A stretch of DNA of 32,785 nucleotides, from positions 1-32,785 of the forward strand of contig JASJQH010006955.1 of assembly GCA_040143965.1 (NCBI GenBank), read 5' to 3'. Below are positions 23,751 to 32,785 of the stretch, in pieces. Both the position numbers and the translations under genes were made by a program. The notes below the pieces were generated by a model. The model had not been told where the DNA came from, searched no databases, and was given only the letters and a program-made list of their open reading frames with translations. Numbering within the stretch: the stretch's first letter is position 1; each line of letters opens with the position of its first letter. This DNA comes from Basidiobolus ranarum (taxonomy: Eukaryota).

Positions 23751-25184
23751 ATGATTTGGAAATTTTTACTTTCTACCTTCATATTATCACATACGGCAAC
23801 CCTCGCATACAAACAGCAGGTCTTAACCGAAAACAAACCCTACTGGTTTGCCACAGAGAAAAAGGAGGCTACCTTTAAACTCGCTTCCATATATCACTCT
23901 GGAGTCGGAGAGTATGAAGGCTTATTTAGAAAAGCTGAGTATGAAGAGGAGGAAACAGCCGAAGAGTACCGACTAGAACATATCCGAAATAATTTGTTGA
24001 AGAGTAACGGGAATTTTTCTGTTCAAATTGGCGAAACCAAGATGTTCAATCCGTACAATCGTGATACAGTATTAACGGTTGCGAAAATGACTGCAAATAG
24101 TTACACCGCTCCAGGAAGGCCAAACTGGATAAATATAGGTGACTGGAAAGTGGTAAATATACTTCAATATTCTTTCATTCTTTCCTCTTTTAATTATGAT
24201 TTTATTAGAATGCTACCTTTGGTTGGCAAAATCATGGGCTTCGTGGTTACATATTTGGGACGGAAAATAAAGATATTATCGTGATCGTATTCAAAGGAAC
24301 CTCCATCATTGGAAATCCGACTGCCCATATTGACAAGTACAATGTACCTAGTTTTCGACAACAAAATTGGTTAATCCGAGCCTAATTAACATACTATCTT
24401 TAGGACAATCTTATGTTCTCATGTTGTTGTGGATCCCCTTTGAGAGTTTCAAACATTGAGCCTTTGATGAAGCCAATATGTGGGTGTGCCACTGGGCGTA
24501 ACCAATGTAATCGCTTTTGCCTTGGGCAGGTAACTCGAACTCCTAACAGCTACTACCATCATGCTCTGGTAATATCTCAAGAATTTAGAGTATTAAAAAT
24601 ACGACTTGCTGAAACCACATTGTTTTGATGTAGAAAATTTATGAGACGGTGTCAGAAAGATATCCCAATGCCGAAATCTGGTTGACGGGTCACTCTCTAG
24701 GAGGAGCGTTGTCAAGTCTTGTGGGGATTCAAAAAGGGTTGCCTGCGTTCACTTTTGAGGCTCCCGGGGAGCTAATGTACGCTAAACGCTTGAATCTTCC
24801 ACTTCCGGAGGATATGTCAACCCTTCCTATCTATCACTTCGGCAATACTGCAGACCCAGTATATGTTGGTTCATGGTAAGCAGAGCAGATTTGTTGGAAT
24901 AGAAATGATGTTTGAAAGTCTAATACTAATTGGAATGTAGCAATGGCCCAGGGTCCTTGTGCTCAATTGCGGGATACGCAATGGATAGCAAGTGCCATTC
25001 TGGAAATGTATGTACATTTGACACGGTTGGAGAGATGGGATGGAAACTGAGCTTACATAACCACAAAATTCGTAAAATTATCGACGAGCTTTTGGTCCCA
25101 TGGAAATACTTTGAATCACCAGTGAGTATGAAGTGTGAAGTAGAAAACGAATGCGTCGACTGTGGCTTATGGAAATATGTTTGA
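23751..25184 (+). CDS. ATG15: ATG15-like class 3 lipase (multi-exon)
   Basis: Motifs AKMTANSY, GLRGYIFG, VIVFKGTS, DKYN/DNLMFSCCC, IWLTGHSLGGAL (GxSxG), FEAPGE, HFGNTADPVYVG and GYAMDSKCHSG. Confidence 0.88.
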
Positions 25185-25615
25185 TCGCTTCAATTACTTA
25201 TTTATTTATCTATATATATTTCATGTAATTAAACTTCGTTTTATCAATGTTAATATGCTACTGTTTAAATTTCCAATAATTACTGATATTCAATGCTCTT
25301 ATGAGCATAAAAGAATGGGTATGGAGTATGGAACAAACAATGGTGGGGTATACCATCAACTACGTCACTGGAGGTCACATGAGCCTATTTCATCTATTCT
25401 CAAATCTGTTAATTTCTAGGGTCAATTAATACAGAGAGGGTGTTGAGAATTTAGAGTGGGGAGGGATGTAAAATCAGTATAATTCATTTGAAAACCCTGC
25501 TTGAAAAGATATCCATTTACGAGGCTTTAAAATATCATAGATAATTTTTAGGACTTTTAGCTAATTCCTTAGTGAAACTGAGTACTTTAATACTCACTCG
25601 TGAAGATAACTAAAA

Positions 25616-27186
25616 ATGACTGAATCCGATACTTTCAATCCTTACGCAAACTTAAATGCCTATGGAAACTTATCGTTACCTACTGGCTCAGCTAACTTTC
25701 AGGTTCCTAATCCTTACTTGGATTTCAACCCTGAAGATTTGGAAGATTTAGATATCCAAGTAGAGGAAAGAATGAACGCAAAAGGTTTAGCAGCTTATGC
25801 AGCCTTGAAGTATTTCTCTACAGCAATGGCAAACCCTTTTGAAGTTGGGCAAACTTTACTTCAAGTACAATATTTGCCTAGAGACGAAGAAGACCAAGAG
25901 AGTACGGACGAGGAGAAAGAAAAAGTGAAGAGCGATGATCCTTACGCCAACGAGGTACGTATCATTTTGTTGAGTGCTTCTTGACTCTTTATACTGATAA
26001 AGTTGATCACTTGCAGGACATGGATGAAGACGACCTGGAATATTTTGACGTACAAATGAATTCAACTGTTGATCCAAGTTCTGGACAATCAAAAAAACCA
26101 GCTGATCATATGGGCTACTTAATTCGAAAGAGTGTTTACGATGAATCTACACGCCCAGTGTATCAACTACCTCCTTTGGACACCAATACCTGGGGAGTTA
26201 TGAAAGCTTTAGTGAGGCAGCCCACTGAGGGGTGGCGCTCTCTCTGGAAAGGTGATGAATTACTCTACACTCGTGCCCTTGATACATGCAAGCATATATC
26301 TAACATAACGTAATTAATTTGGCAGGCCAATTTACCAACTGGTTATATGATATGACACACTTATTCCTCCAACCTAGTTTGGAGGGAATGCTAAACGATT
26401 CCTTCAATCTATACGATGATACTATCCCATTAGTACACCTGGATGATGCCCGTCCCAACGTGGCCACCTTGGTAGCCAGTCACTTGGCCGTTGGCGTGTT
26501 GCTCAGTCCCTTGGAAATGGTCCGAACCAGGTAAAAATCAAATATTGTGACATCTACTAGTTATCAACACCTAACCCTCAAATCCGATCGTTGCTTGAAC
26601 CATTAGATTGATAGTTCAAACATCCAGTAAAAAGCATCGTAAATATCAAGGACCTTTCCATTGCTTGAAGACCATTATCGCCGAGGAAGGATTTGGAGCT
26701 CTTTATTGGTCTCACAACCTGCTTCCTACTGTGATTTATCACACAATTAGTCCATTGATTAGTAACACCATTCCTTTGGTTATTGAGCGTGTTCTCCATA
26801 TCGATCCCTTGGAATCCCCTTTTGTTTATAGTTTGGTTGAATTGGCTTTCAATACACTTGACGTATTGATTACTCTACCTTTGGATACCATCCGTAAGCG
26901 TCTTCAATGTCAAATTCGTACACGCACTCCAGGAAAGAGCTTTGAAACGGTCGTAGAGACACGCCGAGTTCCTTACACCAGTTTGATCGATTGCGGTAAA
27001 CGAATTCTAATGGAGGAATCCGTACGCCCTCGTTCAAAGAAAGGAAAGAAGAACAAGGACCTTAAAGGAGTGCAGACTTGGAATTGGCGCGGGTTGTACC
27101 CTGGAGTTGGTATGCACCTCTCATCCAATCTAGCCATGTTTGCGGTGAATTTAGTTAACGGAATTCAAACTGAAGAAGAGTGGTAA
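25616..27186 (+). CDS. UGO1: Mitochondrial fusion protein Ugo1 (SLC25A46-like degenerate carrier), 4 exons
   Basis: ANPFEVGQTLLQVQYLP, an acidic insert, EGWRSLWK/GQFTNW, and carrier signatures LSPLEMVRTRLIVQ and TLPLDTIRKRLQCQ. Confidence 0.88.
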
Positions 27187-28824
27187 TTTTATGGATTTTC
27201 CGCATACAAGATCCAAGTCATTTTCTAACAGTTATCAATGCAATGTACATCACTTAAAATATGACACTTCATTTAAGCACTCTCATTAAATAAAAATGGT
27301 ACAGTCAAACATTATAATCTAAGGAGTGTACTGGTTAGCCTAGCAATATCCCGTAGATGATTATTGTGGCAACAATAGGAGGTTCATTTAGTTTGCTGAA
27401 TAAACAATGATGATTAAGTTTGGTCTGATTTAAAAAGTATCAAAGCCTCCATATATTGATGAGTATCTTTAATTTATATCCTAAAACCACCCATCACAGC
27501 TAGGAATCGTTCAATATTTATTTTAAGAGGAAGTTATTGTTGTGTGATAATATTCAAATCTCAAAGCACATACCTGTATACCATCATAATTGCTGAGTAT
27601 TTATGTTTGCCACAAATCCTCTTTTCTATTAATATACAAAACTATAACTCATCACTTTTGCTCGATGTACTTTGCCTTTGGACTAACAAATTGATTCGCA
27701 TAGTAGTGGAATTGTGGTAGCTATTGAGAATGTGTGAACGGTAGTAAGCATTCAAATGACAAGTACACCATTCTTTTCTATATCCAACCACAATACTCAC
27801 TTGGTGTATAACAAATGTATTATCGCAGGGTACTGTATTCACAGTATATATAACTTCTAATCAGTTGGTGATAAGTTCAATGTTGCTGATTTTAGAAGAT
27901 ATTATTTCCATCCATAGAGTTAAGCTTTATAAGTTTTAGTCGTTCTGTGAAAGCATTGCAATCAAGCCGAATTGATCATTAAGTAGCAACTTTCTTTGAT
28001 TAATTGATTTGATCAATCACGATGCTCAAATTGATTCGGATGAGAACATCCATAGCCGATGAAATGGCTAAATAAACATGCATCCAAGTGGTTGGTAAGT
28101 TAACCGATATGGTGTCATTTGGAATCATTCCACTCTTTACTACATGATCACTTAATATGCTCAAGAGTGACCACTAGAGCTTTCTCTATTCACCCATGTC
28201 TTCTTGTGTGTTCCAATCAAGAAATGTGTAGAATAAAACATGGCTCCTTAACTCTTCAATGGCATAGAATTGTGGGAGACGACTTATATAAAAGGGTACG
28301 CAACTCTATACTTATTACCTGTAGTTGGTGCATATGGTGGATCCTATTAGCACACATTCCATCACCAATCCGATACCAAGTGAACGAAAGGAGACTATTA
28401 CCTTTGTTGACTCCAGCATAATTGCCAAGTAGATGCTAGTGAATGAGAATGGGAAAGTTCCCCATTTCTTAAATCATCTAGATGGAGTAAATGGCGTACT
28501 CCAGATGACAGTAGCGGCCTTGAAGTGTTATCAATTTTACAAAATTAGAAATGTTGATGTCACACTGAAAATGATATTGATTGGGGTATTCTAGGTTTCC
28601 TTTCCAGTTGAGCTTTAGAGGTCACCTAAAATGGTAGTGTCAAACCAGATATGATGATTTTCAAAGTCATTTCAGTATGTATTGCAACCATACGAGGTGG
28701 AAACAAGTGGATACTAGTCAGCAAAAATGATGGTTTATTATGTTATTTACAAGTTGGGTATGTACTATATTAGCCCAAGTAGTGTTAAATTTGGGTTTTA
28801 AAAATGGGTAAAATAGAACCAACT

Positions 28825-29445
28825 CTATGATACGGAAGGCCAGTCACAGACAATGGAGTCTTCAAATGTTTTGCAAACAGTACCAGCAGCGCAATGGAAT
28901 TCGTCTAATTTCCCATTGGAGCAAACTGTAAAGCGAGTTGAATGTCCTGAATCGGCACATTGATAAGCGCCGTTCTCACAAGAAGCTTGTGTGGGTTTAG
29001 GAGCACGATCCTTATAGTAAACAGTGACAGTAGAGGTGAATGTGGCGGCTCTTTTTGTAACGGTAAGAGTGACTGGAGAAGCTGTAACTGTAGGAGTTAC
29101 AGTGATAGGAATGCAGTCCTTAGTTACAGTCATTGTCTTGACATACACAGTAGGTACTTCGGTAACGGTGGTTAATGAGCTCTCTGGATGGTTTTCAACC
29201 CAAACAGTTTCATATCTCTCAATGACCTCGGTGACATGGGATTGTGTGGGTTTGACCACATCAACGGTATGAGTAGGCTTAATGTAAGTAGTGTATTGAG
29301 TTTGAATAGTCTCATCGGCTTTGGTAACGGTGAACGTTTCATAGTTCTCGAAAGTTTTGGTTACAGCTGTAACAAGAGGTTGTGGAAAAGCAGTGATAAC
29401 TGCTGCAGAGGCAAGACATGCTATGGCGGAAGTAATGAATCTCAT
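28825..29445 (-). CDS. Secreted Thr/Val-rich protein with C-terminal CBM19-like chitin-binding module
   Basis: Signal peptide MRFITSAIACLASAAVITA, a TVT-rich stalk, and a Cys module CENGAYQC...FTVCSNG...CAAGTVC...CDWP. Confidence 0.8.
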   Translation of the reverse strand: MRFITSAIACLASAAVITAFPQPLVTAVTKTFENYETFTVTKADETIQTQYTTYIKPTHTVDVVKPTQSHVTEVIERYETVWVENHPESSLTTVTEVPTVYVKTMTVTKDCIPITVTPTVTASPVTLTVTKRAATFTSTVTVYYKDRAPKPTQASCENGAYQCADSGHSTRFTVCSNGKLDEFHCAAGTVCKTFEDSIVCDWPSVS

Positions 29446-30618
29446 TGTTAAGTTGTTTGGAGTCTTCTCAACTCACGGTATGTTTATATACATTTGATGA
29501 TGGTATTTTAGATACTAATTTCATCTACTTTCATATTTCTTTAGCAGTTCTATCGAATCGCGGTCTATATTCGTAATGTATATACCGATTTGGTGGATAG
29601 ATAAACCTGCCGTATCACAGCCTCTCAAATTCGCCGTCAGTGTGTATATTCTCGGAAGTATTTTCAATATTATATCATCCCCAAACAAGGAAAATCCCAC
29701 TTCATCTTTGGTCAAAGAATTTAAGCATTGGATACTTCATGAGTATCGCTCTGACTCCTCTTATTTGTAAGTTCGCACATTTCCTACTCTTAAGGGACTC
29801 AGAGGTTTTCCTAATAACTCTAAGCATTTTAGCCATGCTTTCACATACTTTTCACTCACTGACTTTACGTGTATACTTACCCTGTTCAGGGAAGCTTCAC
29901 CTAAATGGAAGATTAAGCACAACATTCATGGAGGAAAACTAATAATGCTTTTAGACTATACCGAATATTGCCATCCAATCATTTGTATCCAAAGGCCCAG
30001 ATTGATATTCGGCGTTGTGTCATTCTCGGGTATTGAATTCTATTGGGTCCAACAGCAGAACTTCCTCCACGAACTCTACTAATATGGAGTTAGTCACGAA
30101 ATTCTACTAACCTTTAAGAAACTCAATAGAATTCTCTAACACTTTTCCGAAGTAACTTGATTCTCTATCCAGATTTAGTTGACTGATAAGAAATACTTGA
30201 TATGCATTCATACTACCAAGAATATCGACATATTACAACTAATAACTTGACAATAGCAACTAGCTATCACAGTAACGTATCTAGTCAATCATGTGCTATG
30301 GGTTCCTATCAGCACCATGAGATATTCACTGCACTTATGTGCTAGATTATCCAGTTACTAAATATACTAGAATAGAATATTCCAATCTAGACTTCAATCG
30401 AACCTTCCAACAATATCATTTGCCAATAAGCAATACATTCTTTTTATAGTAATTTTGTCGGTGTTGGTGATTTTCATTCCCGTAGTTAGGCTGGTATCAG
30501 AATTAGGAAATGCCATTGTTAGTTAGAGGCAAAGATCCACTCCTTTTTGAATACGTATATAGTAAGTAACCATTCTCAGTTAATCAATTGTCAACAAATC
30601 CATCATTCCAGCGCCTTT

Positions 30619-31369
30619 CTATCTCCAACAGAGCTGCTGCTCGATCCAGTCAGTGATGATCCATTGCAGGAAATATACATCTGCACCTGCGCGCACAACC
30701 TTCAGAAAATCACCTACAATATGAAATCATTAAAGACGATACAAAAGTTGAAGTGTTTCTGCTTGGATTCATTAATGCAGGTGGTAAAGGTTACATGAGT
30801 TTATCTTAACTCAATCCAAGACTAAATGAAACTATTTAACATAATCTGACCTTACCAGAACAAAAGCTGATACGATCCAGTAGCCCAGAGTTATCTCTGT
30901 CTAAAGTCTAAGCCAAGAATGTTAACGTCACTCAACGAATCTGAGAGAAAATAGATACCGGTTTTGCTTCATTTATCACCGCTTCTGTATCAAAAAGTAG
31001 CCCACGAAGTCCCCTGCGGTTTTCAAGAAGGAAGCGTAAAAATTGCCCATTCCCACCACCAATGTCTGCCACAGTCCGACCGTCATGACGAGTCCAATCA
31101 TAATCTGAGCGATAAACTGTTATTAATGACATTGAATTTACAGGCTGCATTAATGTCAATAGAAATCTTCTACCAAGCCAGTGTTGGTCAGCTCCGATAA
31201 ACTCGCCATGCCATCTGCGAACATTTCGACCACATATAGATTCTCTGGCCTCTCAAAGAAAGTATAAGAGGAGTCGTTAGTATTGTAGTACTCTGAGAAC
31301 ACATTTCGTGTCTGATTGGGATCTAGGACAATGTCGAATTTAGTCAAAATATTATAGTTCTCTCCAGAC
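30619..31369 (-). pseudogene. Decayed SAM-dependent O-methyltransferase (Methyltransf_2-type)
   Basis: Exon remnants MFADGMASLS...GLVE/DYDW...TVADIGGGNGQ...GLLFD, DRISFCS/GDFL...ADVYFLQWIITDW. One intron donor reads AT instead of GT (31166), there is a premature TAG at 30619-30621, and I found no intact N-terminus. Confidence 0.75.
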
Positions 31370-32215
31370 CTAAGTGAGAGTTAGAACAATTATACGAGAT
31401 CTAAATGTTGGTGAATTTATCATGGTAGAGATAGTCCCATCCTTAGAAGTAGACTTTGCCGAAATAAATTGCTCTTAAAATATATAACTGAGTTGTAAAG
31501 CTTTTTGTTTAGATCCTTTGCGCAATTTCCCAACTAATATATCTACTGGTGACATGCGAGAAGGTTATCCAGTTGGTTATATTACTTTGTCGACCAATGT
31601 CACTCCTGCCTCATACCATAGTCAGGAGTTGGAGTTCTACAATATGGTTGAAATTAACATAGCCTAAGCATCTATATACTAGTATAGAGCTTGTTATATA
31701 GCTATTTTGAATTTCACTAATATATCACCTACTATTCTCAATTCGAATATACTAATAAGTTTGAAGATATATATATTTTTAAACTTGTCCGAGAGAACCC
31801 AAGCTTTGAATACAAGTTTCTGGGATCTTCCTTAACACATTCTATGAGTTTGTTTGCTTACCTATCTATAAATGTCAACTTTCCACTGAATAAATCAGTA
31901 AGTCAAATCCACAAATTCTTCCAACTCTCCAAACCACTTCCAATAACTCCCAAAATCCTTCAACAGATTTTCACTTAATGATTTATTGGAAGTACAGAGT
32001 CCTGGTAATATCTTATTATGATTCACAAAGCATTCTGCGCTTAGTCTGCTGAACTGGGAACCAAGTAGTTGATTGCATGCTATTATCGTTTATTTTAGAT
32101 TAGTCCAGAGATGTAGTTTATCATCGAATCTAGTGAAATCTATACATTTACATCCCATAAAAGGTAGCGGGTATGGGGTCGATCACATTCCAAATGCAGT
32201 GTACAGAAAGATCAA

Positions 32216-32785
32216 TTACAATTTGTTGACAATTAGCAGCTCACTAAGCTCCCAAAGTTTCTTGGCTTCCTCGTCATCTAAGGCGTACGGCTTCACACCT
32301 TCAATGTCGACATTAGCGTTATTCAGGAACAGACCAGATTTATCTTTGATGGTAGGATCAAATGCTGCTGCCAGTGTGGTTGCGGAGCCTTGAGATAGTG
32401 TCTTGGCTTCTGTTGGGTAGTGCTTCAGGAAAAATTCTGTAATGATGTTTTGACCTTGGTAGTCCAACATGGCGTCCTCATCGGCAATTTCCGAAAAGTC
32501 GACATGACGCCAGAGGTTTGTGGTGATCGTGCCTGGATGTAAGCTAAAGGCAGTCAATCCTTGACTCTTATATCTATTGCTTAGCTCCTTGGCGAACAAG
32601 ATGTTAGCAGTCTTAGACTGACCGTAAGCGAGCCACTTCTTGTATGTCTTGCCATTGGAGAAATCTGGGTCCTCAAATAGAATTGGGGAAAAATAATGGC
32701 CAGCGCTGGATACGTTGACAACTCGTGGTTCTTTCGATAAAAGCAACTTGGGTAAAATAAGTTGGGTAAAGTAGAATGGCCCAAG
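32216..32785 (-). CDS. Short-chain dehydrogenase/reductase (retinol dehydrogenase/WWOX-like), 5' part outside the window
   Basis: LGHFYFTQL...PRVVNVSSAGH, catalytic YGQSK, then ANILF and LHPGTITTNL, ending AKKLWELSE. Confidence 0.92.
   Translation of the reverse strand, partial: LGPFYFTQLILPKLLLSKEPRVVNVSSAGHYFSPILFEDPDFSNGKTYKKWLAYGQSKTANILFAKELSNRYKSQGLTAFSLHPGTITTNLWRHVDFSEIADEDAMLDYQGQNIITEFFLKHYPTEAKTLSQGSATTLAAAFDPTIKDKSGLFLNNANVDIEGVKPYALDDEEAKKLWELSELLIVNKL

Noticed and set aside
28119-28421. 100-aa ORF
   Set aside because: Non-ATG start, no motif and no supporting splice partners.
28960-29451. Plus-strand ORFs over the CBM19 gene (similarly 19136..19426, 20779..21090, 12353..12646, 32073..32393)
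   Set aside because: Antisense shadows of well-supported genes.

Overview
Gene-dense, AT-rich eukaryotic (fungal) genomic DNA with short GT-AG introns, so most ORF-track entries are exon fragments or antisense shadows. Gene content suggests an early-diverging fungus (Zoopagomycota/Mucoromycota-like; inference only). From left to right: a CpG-depleted CACTA/En-Spm transposase relic abutting the first two exons of mitochondrial ATP synthase beta (ATP2); shugoshin; RBX1; a beta-TrCP-like F-box/WD40 gene; a subtilisin with a possible GPI tail; a multi-pass GPCR-like protein; an EI24 protein; a DUF2470/TMEM254-like protein; LOA1/VPS66 acyltransferase; a small hypothetical protein; a coiled-coil protein with a BEN-like C-terminus; an intronless PPR protein; a Tbf1/TRF-type telobox Myb protein with a cluster of telomeric CCCTAA repeats in its own promoter; an ATG15-like lipase; UGO1; a secreted Thr-rich CBM19 protein; a decayed O-methyltransferase; and the 3' part of an SDR. 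No rRNA, tRNA or CRISPR array was seen. All assignments come from reading motifs by eye, not from database searches.
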